Origin: a virus
Reading direction: 5' to 3' (one strand)
IMG/VR virus record: IMGVR_UViG_3300045988_035600
Span: 1 to 44,420 of that record
Length of the DNA: 44,420 nucleotides
The notes below the pieces were generated by a model. That model was given only the letters and a program-made list of their open reading frames with translations. It did not search any database and had not been told where the DNA came from. Position numbers and translations under genes: made by a program. This document shows, piece after piece, positions 8,255 to 15,907 of this stretch (position 1 is its first letter; every line of letters starts with the position of its first letter).

Positions 8255-8895
8255 CAAAACTCCTTCATAACTTCAATGACCTTCACAATATCATTCGGAA
8301 TATATTCCTCTTCAAATGCTCCCAGCGGCGTTCTTGCAGTGTCATTATGAGAAGTGGTTGAAAAACAATAGGTGTTCTCCTGCTTCATTGATCTGAGCAA
8401 CCAGTTGAATTTACTGTCAATGTTGTTTTTCTCAGTCTTTCTTCCATTGGTTTTGATTCTGGTAAACTCATAGCCTGCGTCAGTCATTTCTGTTTGCGTG
8501 TGGAACAGCAGGATCACTGTCAGATCATCTCTAAGCTTTGACGGAATATCTACCAAGTCCCAGATGCTCGAGGCGAGGTCCATCCACTTGTCATAGCCTT
8601 TCTCTTTGCATCTTCTCATTTCGTCTGATACCATTAAGTTATTTACGGTATCAACAACGAAATAATGGATATGTGGTGCTTTTTCTGCAATGTTTAAAAG
8701 ATATTTGATTGTAGTCTGCGGAAAACTGGTCTTTACATAATTGTTCTTATCAGCGGAATACTGATCTCTCCACCCTTTCCAATTCAGACCTTTTCCATCG
8801 CAATCACAGTAATAAGTTTCTTCTGGATTGAGATTGCGAAGGGATGTACTTTTACCACTTCCGGGTTCACCCATGATTCCAATTAAGTTTGCCAT
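8254..8895 (-). CDS. AAA_24 / Sak4-like RecA-fold ATPase (recombination)
   Basis: Walker A GIMGEPGSGKST, Walker B-like YFVVDTV, about 210 aa, synteny with the SSB-like gene. Confidence 0.75.
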   Translation of the reverse strand: MANLIGIMGEPGSGKSTSLRNLNPEETYYCDCDGKGLNWKGWRDQYSADKNNYVKTSFPQTTIKYLLNIAEKAPHIHYFVVDTVNNLMVSDEMRRCKEKGYDKWMDLASSIWDLVDIPSKLRDDLTVILLFHTQTEMTDAGYEFTRIKTNGRKTEKNNIDSKFNWLLRSMKQENTYCFSTTSHNDTARTPLGAFEEEYIPNDIVKVIEVMKEF

Positions 8896-8898
8896 AGT

Positions 8899-9102
8899 TC
8901 ACACCTCCGCTTTGTCGTATACGATATGTTTGCTACCTTCTACAATCAGTAAACTTGCAATGTCTTTCATAGATATAGTTGATTCATTATAGATTTCAAC
9001 CAGTGTGTTGTATGCTTCTGGAGTAATCTTCACAACCGGATTCTCCTTTTCGCTGATTGTTTTCTTCTTTTTAGCCGGAATACGGATTTCAAACTTTTCC
9101 AT
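8899..9102 (-). CDS. Hypothetical protein
   Basis: 67-aa track ORF with SD taaggagggtaacaATG. Confidence 0.65.
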   Translation of the reverse strand: MEKFEIRIPAKKKKTISEKENPVVKITPEAYNTLVEIYNESTISMKDIASLLIVEGSKHIVYDKAEV

Positions 9103-9265
9103 TGTTACCCTCCTTAGTTGTTTTCTGAGCCGCTAAAAGCCCATTTAAAGCCTGTATATAGTTCGCCAGTGTTCTTGCCTTGTACTGTTCTTCAATCGGA
9201 TTATCCGGCACTGTAGCAAGTTGTATGTCAATTAATCTCAATACTTCTTGAATGCGTTCGTCCAT
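9089..9265 (-). CDS. Hypothetical small protein (58 aa, hand-called)
   Basis: aaggcggtgtaagtATG followed by MDERIQEVLRLIDIQLATVPDNPIEEQYKARTLANYIQALNGLLAAQKTTKEGNNGKV. It fills an otherwise empty gap. Confidence 0.45.
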   Translation of the reverse strand: MDERIQEVLRLIDIQLATVPDNPIEEQYKARTLANYIQALNGLLAAQKTTKEGNNGKV

Positions 9266-9267
9266 AC

Positions 9268-9507
9268 TTACACCGCCTTAAAGAAACAATAAAGGTTATC
9301 TGATGCATCTCCGAACTTCTCTCCGTCGATATCTTCTGCCTTGTGGTATTCGATATGATCCAGAGACATATCGCAGTTTTCATAATCCAAAATGTGATCC
9401 CCTCTGGACTGAAGCTCTCTGAGCAGTTCATTAATGCATCCTGCTATCTCCAGACTGGGAAGAAGTTTCATAATTGCTATCTGCTTACTCATTTGGACAC
9501 TTCCCAT
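9268..9507 (-). CDS. Hypothetical protein (start uncertain; MSKQ at 9492 is possible)
   Basis: 79-aa track ORF. Confidence 0.55.
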   Translation of the reverse strand: MGSVQMSKQIAIMKLLPSLEIAGCINELLRELQSRGDHILDYENCDMSLDHIEYHKAEDIDGEKFGDASDNLYCFFKAV

Positions 9508-9766
9508 CTATCAGAAGCTCCAGCAAGAATGCTTTGATTACTTTGAGACTTTCGCGGCTTTCTTTCTCATAAAATGGGTTGAAAGATACGTTTTGGTACA
9601 AATCCCACTTGAATTCGCCGTCGGGAAGGCCAGCGTCTTCTTTTCTCTTGAGTCCATATACTCTCATGCCGTAAATTGAAAAATCGAATGTAACATTTGC
9701 TGCCGGAACTTCATTCGCAACTCTTTTACAGAGTGCATAAATTTCGTCAATTTCTTTCTCGAACAT
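9485..9766 (-). CDS. Hypothetical protein (93 aa from MFEKEIDEIY)
   Basis: SD aataaggaggataaagaaATG. The longer track ORF N-terminus overlaps the upstream TM gene and has no SD. Confidence 0.65.
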   Translation of the reverse strand: MFEKEIDEIYALCKRVANEVPAANVTFDFSIYGMRVYGLKRKEDAGLPDGEFKWDLYQNVSFNPFYEKESRESLKVIKAFLLELLIDGKCPNE

Positions 9767-9786
9767 TTCTTTATCCTCCTTATTTC

Positions 9787-9918
9787 CTACTGCCAGTCTG
9801 CTTTCATCTGGCGCACCGCCCATGCTGCCGAGATGCCAAAAAAGATGTTCAGCCAGATAGGCACATCGACATATTTCCCGGCAAGCATACAAACAGCAAT
9901 CAGCGCATACTCTTTCAT
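9787..9918 (-). CDS. Small membrane protein (43 aa)
   Basis: MKEYALIAVCMLAGKYVDVPIWLNIFFGISAAWAVRQMKADWQ has two hydrophobic segments. ATGA-coupled to the upstream gene. Confidence 0.5.
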   Translation of the reverse strand: MKEYALIAVCMLAGKYVDVPIWLNIFFGISAAWAVRQMKADWQ

Positions 9919-10100
9919 CTCATTTCTCCCATAATCCATGCAAGGTTGCTTGCTACCAGTGCGGCTGCGGTCACAATCCATGCCGTGAACCATTTTCTTG
10001 CTTTTTTTCTACTTTCTTCGACAATTTCTGTCGCAAGAATGAACTCAAGTTCGTCCCATGTCGGAACATTTTCACATTTATTTGTGCTATTTCTGCTCAT
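9915..10100 (-). CDS. Small membrane protein (61 aa, C-terminal TM)
   Basis: ...KWFTAWIVTAAALVASNLAWIMGEMR. Track ORF. The SD spacing is long. Confidence 0.5.
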   Translation of the reverse strand: MSRNSTNKCENVPTWDELEFILATEIVEESRKKARKWFTAWIVTAAALVASNLAWIMGEMR

Positions 10101-10229
10101 ATCGTGCTAATTTCTCCTTTTTTGGTATTTACAATTAGCAGATACGAAGTTATAATTAACCTGTACCTACTAAGCGTAGATTAGTAAGTGCAACGCTCCG
10201 GTTGGTGTGGCTTCACCGCCGGGGCACTA

Positions 10230-10559
10230 TCACTTTAATGCTTCTTTCCCTCTCCAGACATATCCTGTTTCTTCCCAGAGTTTTCTTGGAGAGATAACAA
10301 ATTCTATTCTTCCAGAACCTTTTCTGTCGTGAATCACTTTATTCCCACGATACGCCGTACCGATAGGCAACCATCCATAGATGATTCCTGCTCTGACAGA
10401 TGATGTAGGAATGCCTGTCATTTTGCTCACGTCTGATACTGTCAGGCGCTCGTTTGAGAACTCTGGCATCTGTGGGATACCAGATATGATTCTTGCCACT
10501 TCTGCGGCAAACTGATGAACCTGTGCATTCTGCTCTATGTAATTATCAACTGCACTCAT
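10230..10559 (-). CDS. HTH DNA-binding protein (excisionase/MerR-like HTH, tentative)
   Basis: LTVSDVSKMTGIPTSSVRAGIIYGWLP looks like an HTH_17/Xis-type motif. SD aaagaggtttatATG. Confidence 0.5.
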   Translation of the reverse strand: MSAVDNYIEQNAQVHQFAAEVARIISGIPQMPEFSNERLTVSDVSKMTGIPTSSVRAGIIYGWLPIGTAYRGNKVIHDRKGSGRIEFVISPRKLWEETGYVWRGKEALK

Positions 10560-10572
10560 ATAAACCTCTTTT

Positions 10573-11262
10573 CTAACTGATACTCATTTGAGCATTACAG
10601 TCACGTATCATCATTACTGTATTGGTGCATGGATGCCAATTTCTGACATATTCCATAGATTCTTCAAATCTCAGCTTAGGGATGTTATTACGGGCATTTA
10701 CTGCGAAGTAAGTCTTTATATCCCTGTTGCATTCAGCAAATACTTTCTTGCCAATTTCCTTGTAAGCATTTGACTCTTTCCCACCAAGGTGAGCAATTAC
10801 GACACTTGACACTAAGTCTCTAATAGATTCCTGCTGTGCGTAGTCAATAGTCATGGTATTTTCAAGTCTGTTAAGCCGCTCTTCGTGATCTAAGAATCCT
10901 GTCGCAATAACCTGTATTTGTTCAACTGTCGTCAGTGGTTTCTGATATGAGCCTGTCTTTCTGATTGTCGGAAGAACTTCATCCATAACCCATGATTCGA
11001 ATTTCTCTGCCGATGGAAGTTTCGATTTCATAATCAGGCGGTACAAATCTCCCTCATTTATGTATGACATTGACTGTATGCCACTAGATGTAGGGGTGTC
11101 ACGTTTCGTTACTCCCTTACAATGGTCAAGAATGGCTTTCCTCGGATTACTGTATCCAAGTGCTTTCGCAACATCTGTTCCAACAAAATACGGTTTCCCG
11201 TCAATTTCTATTGTTCGAATTTCTCCGAACTCCCCTGAATTAAAAATCTGTAATTCGTTCAT
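10573..11262 (-). CDS. Phage antirepressor (BRO-N domain plus a C-terminal KilAC/ORF6C-like domain)
   Basis: MNELQIFNSGEFGEIRTIEIDGKPYFVGTDVAKALGYSNPRKAI...EGDLYRLIMKSKLPSAEKFESWVMDEVLPTIRKTG is a canonical BRO-N pattern. Confidence 0.85.
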   Translation of the reverse strand: MNELQIFNSGEFGEIRTIEIDGKPYFVGTDVAKALGYSNPRKAILDHCKGVTKRDTPTSSGIQSMSYINEGDLYRLIMKSKLPSAEKFESWVMDEVLPTIRKTGSYQKPLTTVEQIQVIATGFLDHEERLNRLENTMTIDYAQQESIRDLVSSVVIAHLGGKESNAYKEIGKKVFAECNRDIKTYFAVNARNNIPKLRFEESMEYVRNWHPCTNTVMMIRDCNAQMSIS

Positions 11263-11286
11263 AAGTCTCCTTTCTTGTGATATACT
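11258..11286 (+). promoter_or_regulatory. Candidate extended -10 promoter for the plus-strand gene at 11310
   Basis: TGaTATACT at 11278-11286. Weak -35 TTCATA 17 nt upstream. Confidence 0.35.
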
Positions 11287-11309
11287 CCCTATAGATGGGA
11301 GGTGATTAA

Positions 11310-11597
11310 ATGATAACTGGGAAACAATATCGGCTAATGAACTCCGTTCTTAAAAATAACGGAACCACTGCACAAGATACCGAGAATCACGAAATGTATA
11401 GATACTTAGCATCTAAAGGATTCTTACGTAAGCAACCTGTGCGTGGATATGAAGGCTATGTGGTCACTCAAGACGGTGAAGTTGAAATGAAAATATATAG
11501 AGAAGATACTTACCGTTTTAAAGTGACTACTGCGGTCTCATTCATTGCTCTTATCACAAGTATCGTTTCCACAATTTTGAAATTCTGTATCAAGTAG
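11310..11597 (+). CDS. Tail-anchored membrane protein, antisense to the early operon (moron candidate)
   Basis: Strong SD gggaggtgattaaATG. 95 aa with C-terminal TM AVSFIALITSIVSTILKF. Its 3' end overlaps the convergent ORF 11538..11768 by 60 nt. Confidence 0.6.
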   Translation: MITGKQYRLMNSVLKNNGTTAQDTENHEMYRYLASKGFLRKQPVRGYEGYVVTQDGEVEMKIYREDTYRFKVTTAVSFIALITSIVSTILKFCIK

Positions 11598-11768
11598 ATC
11601 GTCTGCAAGATGTCCGAGTGGTATTCTTTTGCCGGGTTCCAGATGGATAGGATTTGGAAGCTCTAATCCATTCGTTTTCCCGGTAAGAATCGCCACTTTT
11701 AACTGATTTACCTGTTTCTGTAAATCTCTTACATAATCAAATAGATACTGAATATCTGTTTTGCTCAA
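11538..11768 (-). CDS. Hypothetical protein (TTG start)
   Basis: ggaggtgaaaacgGTTG... 76-aa track ORF. Confidence 0.5.
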   Translation of the reverse strand: MSKTDIQYLFDYVRDLQKQVNQLKVAILTGKTNGLELPNPIHLEPGKRIPLGHLADDLLDTEFQNCGNDTCDKSNE

Positions 11769-11785
11769 CCGTTTTCACCTCCAAG

Positions 11786-11938
11786 TTAAGAACTTTCTTT
11801 CTGTGCCTTATCAGAATCATCTGGCTTATTCTCAGAAAAACTTTCCGTCTTACCGAGAATGTATCCCTTGTCAAATTCTGACATATTAGGAATCGCTTCT
11901 TTCAGCTTTTCTACGATTCTTTTTTCTTTTTCTGACAT
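11786..11938 (-). CDS. Hypothetical small protein (50 aa, hand-called)
   Basis: gaaaggagaaaatcATG followed by MSEKEKRIVEKLKEAIPNMSEFDKGYILGKTESFSENKPDDSDKAQKESS. Confidence 0.5.
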   Translation of the reverse strand: MSEKEKRIVEKLKEAIPNMSEFDKGYILGKTESFSENKPDDSDKAQKESS

Positions 11939-12051
11939 GATTTTCTCCTTTCAGTTTATAGTCTTGCTTCGCTTGGACACCTGACTTTGAACCTGCCATC
12001 ATCAGCACCGGGCGGTCATTCCCGGTGGACGGTCATTGCTGACCGTTTCGG

Positions 12052-12255
12052 CTATCCGTTTATTACTGCATTTATGGTATCCCATGCCTGTTGATAGCTT
12101 ATTAATACTTCACCCTTGTGTGGACCTGTGGGAATAACGGAACCCCACTTCGGAGTGCCGATTCTATCAGTTATCATTTTTTTATCAGGCACATATTTCG
12201 TTTTAAATGTCCTGAGTGTCTTCATTGCGCATCGTTTATATTGTTTCTTTGTCAT
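12052..12255 (-). CDS. Hypothetical basic protein
   Basis: 67-aa track ORF with SD aaagaggtaatagatATG. Confidence 0.65.
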   Translation of the reverse strand: MTKKQYKRCAMKTLRTFKTKYVPDKKMITDRIGTPKWGSVIPTGPHKGEVLISYQQAWDTINAVING

Positions 12256-12272
12256 ATCTATTACCTCTTTTC

Positions 12273-12497
12273 TTAAATTTCTGAAATAAGTCCTTCAGCT
12301 TCTTCCAAGTTATCAAATGCTTCTTCGATATCTGAAATATACTCTTCCATCTGTTCGCCACGCTCACTGTACTGAAAACTTTCTGGCAGATTATCGAATG
12401 CGTCCTGTTCTTCATCTTTAACTTCTTCTAAAATGTCTTTAGCTTGTGAGATCAGATCAAGTGCCTCAGCCAATCTCTTTCTTCTGATTTTATTCAT
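12273..12497 (-). CDS. First early gene: acidic helical 74-aa protein in the Cro position, with no recognisable HTH
   Basis: MNKIRRKRLAEALDLISQAKDILEEVKDEEQDAFDNLPESFQYSERGEQMEEYI... The SD is present. It lies 45 nt downstream of the early promoter. Confidence 0.7.
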   Translation of the reverse strand: MNKIRRKRLAEALDLISQAKDILEEVKDEEQDAFDNLPESFQYSERGEQMEEYISDIEEAFDNLEEAEGLISEI

Positions 12498-12533
12498 ATC
12501 CTTTTTCCTCTCTTTCTTGTGGCTTGTTTCTTA

Positions 12534-12612
12534 CTTTGTGAGTTTATAATATCACGATGTGAGTTATATGTCAACACTAAATATTGACTTTGTGAGTTTT
12601 TTATGATATATT
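12534..12612. promoter_or_regulatory. Lysis-lysogeny switch: divergent consensus promoters with three TGTGAGTT operator repeats
   Basis: Minus strand: TTGACA (12574-12569), 17 nt, TATTAT (12551-12546). Plus strand: TTGACT (12584-12589), 17 nt, TATATT (12607-12612). CTTTGTGAGTTT occurs at 12534-12545 and 12588-12599, and TGTGAGTT at 12558-12565. The 18-bp near-palindrome GTGAgtTTATAAtaTCAC (12539-12556) covers the early -10. Confidence 0.7.
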
Positions 12613-12632
12613 ATCATTGGAGGTGAGGAAAA

Positions 12633-12995
12633 GTGAAAGACAGAATCAAACAAGTGCGCAAATCCCAGAAGCTCACTCAGGCAGCATTTGGAGACATAAT
12701 TGGAGTAAAAGGAAATACCATTACTAATTATGAAACCGGCTTAAGAAATCCAACAGATGCAGTTATCAAATCTATATGTAGAGAATTTGGAGTGAGTGAA
12801 GAATGGCTCAGAACAGGAAAAGGAAGTATGTTTATTCCAAAGAGCAAAGATGAAGAAATTGCAGAAATGTTTGCAGACATCCAAAAAGCTGGCGAAGATT
12901 CATTCAGACACCGTCTTGTATCTGCATTAGCCAGATTGGACGATGACGGATGGGATAAACTTGAAGAGCTGATTGACATGATTTCCAACAAGTAA
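12633..12995 (+). CDS. CI-like repressor (XRE-family HTH, GTG start)
   Basis: ggaggtgaggaaaaGTG. QKLTQAAFGDIIGVKGNTITNYETGLRNP is an XRE HTH. It is divergent from the early operon. Confidence 0.85.
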   Translation: MKDRIKQVRKSQKLTQAAFGDIIGVKGNTITNYETGLRNPTDAVIKSICREFGVSEEWLRTGKGSMFIPKSKDEEIAEMFADIQKAGEDSFRHRLVSALARLDDDGWDKLEELIDMISNK

Positions 12996-13002
12996 AAAAA
13001 AG

Positions 13003-13040
13003 AAAGACAAGGGCAATGCGCAAACCCTTGTCTTTTTCTT
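13003..13040. terminator. Intrinsic terminator shared by the repressor gene and the convergent small ORF
   Basis: AAAGACAAGGG, 11-nt loop, CCCTTGTCTTT, then TTCTTT. An A-run lies on the other side. Confidence 0.75.
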
Positions 13041-13042
13041 TA

Positions 13043-13141
13043 CTATCCTATTAATCTTTTTATATATGTGTATATCACTTTCAGCCAGTGTGCATTATCA
13101 CATTTCTCTATTAGTTCAATAATTTCTTTCTTATAATCCAT
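13043..13141 (-). CDS. Hypothetical miniprotein (32 aa, hand-called)
   Basis: gggagggctattATG followed by MDYKKEIIELIEKCDNAHWLKVIYTYIKRLIG. It ends at the shared terminator. Confidence 0.4.
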   Translation of the reverse strand: MDYKKEIIELIEKCDNAHWLKVIYTYIKRLIG

Positions 13142-13702
13142 AATAGCCCTCCCTATTGCAACTACCGCCTACATTACAGTATATGTTCGGCTGTGGGAAA
13201 TATAACCGAACATTAGTTCGCTTTTACTATTATACCATCTATTCCAACTCTTGGCAACTGCCAATGATATATGCGAACTTTCGTTATTTCATACACGAAC
13301 TTTGCAATCTCAAAGAAAATTATGCTTTCACAGAAGAAAAATGCGATATCGCGAACTTTGCTGTGGGCTTCTCCCAGATTATGGTTCGGCGCAGGCTTCT
13401 CCTGATATGCGGCACTGGTGATCTGCATATCATTGTGATTGTTCGGGACAATCTTTAGCGGAATATGTATCGTGCAAAATATCTTAAAAATAATTAGAAA
13501 GAATGCAAATATCTTAAAACAATTATTTTTCATAACAAATCACTCTTATTCTTTACAAATCATGTTATCTGCGATAAAATAATAATACCACATAAAAGCG
13601 TACTTTTGCATGACACTTCAAAATCAGCAAGAAAAATGTAAAAATCATCAAAAATGGCATGGTTTAAAGAGTATGTGCAAAGCGTAACAGGAGGAAAAAT
13701 GT

Positions 13703-14251
13703 ATGAGTAATGAAAAAACAAAAATCTGCAAGCACTGTAAAATGGAGATCCCGGCAGGAGCAAAGATATGTCCTCATTGTAGAAAGAAACAGGGCGGAAA
13801 GCTGAAATGGGTAGTTCTGGCAGTCGTTGTTATCGGAGCTGTGGGTGCAGCTTCTGGCGGAAGTTCTGACACAAAAACTACAACCACTTCTACTGCAAAA
13901 ACAGAATCTAAAGAAGTAGCAACACCTATACCAGTAAGCTATACCTCTGTATCTGTAAACGATATGATGTCTGCTTTGAATGATAACCCGCTTGGAGCAT
14001 CAAAGCAATACAAAGACCAGTATTTAGAAATCACTGGAAAACTTGGAAATATTGACGCTTCTGGAGACTACATTGACCTCATGGCAGATGGTGATTTTGA
14101 AATCATTGGCGTACAATGTTACATTAAAAATGATGAGCAGGAGTCAAAAGTTACATCTATGAAAATGGGTGACATGGTGACTTTGAAAGGAAAATGTACA
14201 GACGTAGGTGAAGTTCTTGGATATTCATTTGACATTGAAGAAATAGAATAA
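13703..14251 (+). CDS. Zn-ribbon / TM / OB-fold (tRNA_anti-like) membrane protein; lysogeny-expressed, superinfection-exclusion candidate
   Basis: CKHCKMEIPAGAKICPHCRKK, then TM WVVLAVVVIGAVGAA, a Thr-rich linker, and a domain ...ASKQYKDQYLEITGKLGNID...VTLKGKC. SD aggaggaaaaatgtATG. Confidence 0.75.
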   Translation: MSNEKTKICKHCKMEIPAGAKICPHCRKKQGGKLKWVVLAVVVIGAVGAASGGSSDTKTTTTSTAKTESKEVATPIPVSYTSVSVNDMMSALNDNPLGASKQYKDQYLEITGKLGNIDASGDYIDLMADGDFEIIGVQCYIKNDEQESKVTSMKMGDMVTLKGKCTDVGEVLGYSFDIEEIE

Positions 14252-14258
14252 ATAAAAA

Positions 14259-14291
14259 CCACCCCGGCATTGGCGTACCGAGGTGGCGTTT
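14259..14291 (+). terminator. Possible terminator after the membrane-protein gene
   Basis: CCACCcCGG, 10-nt loop, CCGaGGTGG with one mismatch. The T-tract is short (cgTTTa). Confidence 0.4.
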
Positions 14292-14422
14292 ATACATCTC
14301 CGAAGAAATGTAATATTCTGGCAAAACATATTGTATCATCTTCGGAGCAGTCGGGCAAGTCAGAAAGTTTGTTCGGCTGTTATTTTTATACCTAAATACA
14401 GCTACAGAAAGAGGGAATAAAA

Positions 14423-15604
14423 ATGGCGAAGAAAAGAAAGAAATACCCGAAGCTCCCCAATAGCTTCGGAACAATACGGTACCTGGGCGGCAACCGCAGG
14501 AATCCATTTGCGGTTCATCCGCCGGCAGTACTGGATGAAAAGACCGGAAAGCCCGTCCGACCGCCTGCAATCTGCTATGTGGACGACTGGATCAAAGGAT
14601 TTACTGTACTGACCGCATACAAGGCAGGAACATATCAGCCAGGGATGGAACGGGATCTTGAGATATCACCTACAACGGACGTAGATACCCTTGTTACTCG
14701 TTTGATTGCTGACTACAATACAATCAAGGGTGTCGAGGATAAACACCCGGAAATCAAGAAATTGACGTTTTCAGAGGTATATAAGAAGTTTTACGCATGG
14801 AAATTTCCAGAGGGTTCAAAACTTTCTTATAGTTCAAAAATAGCTTACCAGACCGCTTACTCGAACTGCACGACTCTGTACAATCGTATCTTTGAGGATT
14901 TAAAAGCGCCTGATCTGCAAAAGGTAATTGATGACTGCCCGTTAAAGCGTCAGAGTCTCATGGCGATTCTTACGCTGTTCAAGCAGATGTATAAATATGC
15001 TGTTTACTCAGAAATTGTAACGGAAAACAAGGCGTTATATGTCCATGTCAATGCTGATAATGACACCGAACATGGAACGCCCTTTTCTGATCAGGAAATG
15101 CAAGTGCTGTGGAATAATACCGACAATCAAGAAGTACAGCTCATTCTTATTATGTGTTACTCCGGCTGGAGAATCGGTGAAGTGTTAAAACTTACAACCA
15201 ACTTAGAAGAAGGATACTTTCAAGGCGGCATCAAAACAAAAGCCGGTAAAAACAGAATTGTCCCGATACATCCCGCTATATACCATTTTGTCGAACAGAA
15301 AGTGCTGACACAAGATGGAAAATTATGCGTGTATACTCAGCAGCATCACAGAAAAGCGTTGTTCTATCCTACACTCGAACGTCTTGGGATTGTTGGCGAT
15401 CCGAAACACACTCCGCATGACTGCCGGCATACTTTTTCTATGTTATGTGAAAAATACGGCGTCCGGGAGAACGACCGGAAGCGAATGCTGGGTCACTCTT
15501 TTGGTGGAGATGTTACAAACGCGGTATATGGACACAGGACATTGGAAGAACTCCGCACAGAGATTGAGAAAATAAAAGTCCCATTTGTGACTAACTGTGA
15601 CTAA
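14423..15604 (+). CDS. int: Tyrosine recombinase (phage integrase)
   Basis: ...WRIGEVLKL..., HTPHDCRHTFSM..., MLGHS...VYGH give the R...HxxR...Y catalytic pattern. 393 aa. Confidence 0.9.
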   Translation: MAKKRKKYPKLPNSFGTIRYLGGNRRNPFAVHPPAVLDEKTGKPVRPPAICYVDDWIKGFTVLTAYKAGTYQPGMERDLEISPTTDVDTLVTRLIADYNTIKGVEDKHPEIKKLTFSEVYKKFYAWKFPEGSKLSYSSKIAYQTAYSNCTTLYNRIFEDLKAPDLQKVIDDCPLKRQSLMAILTLFKQMYKYAVYSEIVTENKALYVHVNADNDTEHGTPFSDQEMQVLWNNTDNQEVQLILIMCYSGWRIGEVLKLTTNLEEGYFQGGIKTKAGKNRIVPIHPAIYHFVEQKVLTQDGKLCVYTQQHHRKALFYPTLERLGIVGDPKHTPHDCRHTFSMLCEKYGVRENDRKRMLGHSFGGDVTNAVYGHRTLEELRTEIEKIKVPFVTNCD

Positions 15605-15663
15605 CGGAATCTTATTTTATCAATTTTATTCATCACAATTCAGAACATAAAAACGCGCGAAAC

Positions 15664-15699
15664 CCTTGTAAAATCAACATTCTCAGCGATTTTACAAGG
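15664..15699. promoter_or_regulatory. 12-bp perfect inverted repeat downstream of int (terminator or attP-associated element)
   Basis: CCTTGTAAAATC, 12 nt, GATTTTACAAGG. Confidence 0.5.
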
Positions 15700-15732
15700 A
15701 ATTCACTCATTTCATTTTCATTATTCTAATTG

Positions 15733-15816
15733 TATTTAATTAGGACATTAAATTAGAACTATGCAAATGTCAAAAAGTCCTTTAAATACAGTACTTTAGA
15801 GGATATTTAATTAGGA
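15733..15816 (+). repeat. 13-bp direct repeat TATTTAATTAGGA x2 (15733-15745, 15804-15816); candidate integrase arm-type sites
   Basis: Read directly, in the 330-bp non-coding int-lysin gap. Confidence 0.5.
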
Positions 15817-15907
15817 AATGTTTTTTCTTATTTGTGACCAACGTGTGTCCAACGAACTAATAGGATTTACAAAACGAAATGATACAATATGTTATAAGAA
15901 ACATGAT

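Noticed and set aside
10111-10229. Bulged hairpin CCGGttGGTG-6 nt-CACCgCCGG downstream of the HTH gene 10230..10559, considered as a terminator or small RNA.
   Set aside because: No U-tract follows it on the transcribed strand. It is a single imperfect stem with no conservation evidence available.
13156-13763. Track ORFs 13156..13458 (+), 13213..13533 (-) and 13560..13763 (-) in the lysogeny block.
   Set aside because: They overlap each other, have no SD and are hydrophobic or aromatic low-complexity sequences. The last one overlaps the well-supported start of the Zn-ribbon membrane gene. The region is treated as non-coding and repeat-bearing; see the attP candidate finding.
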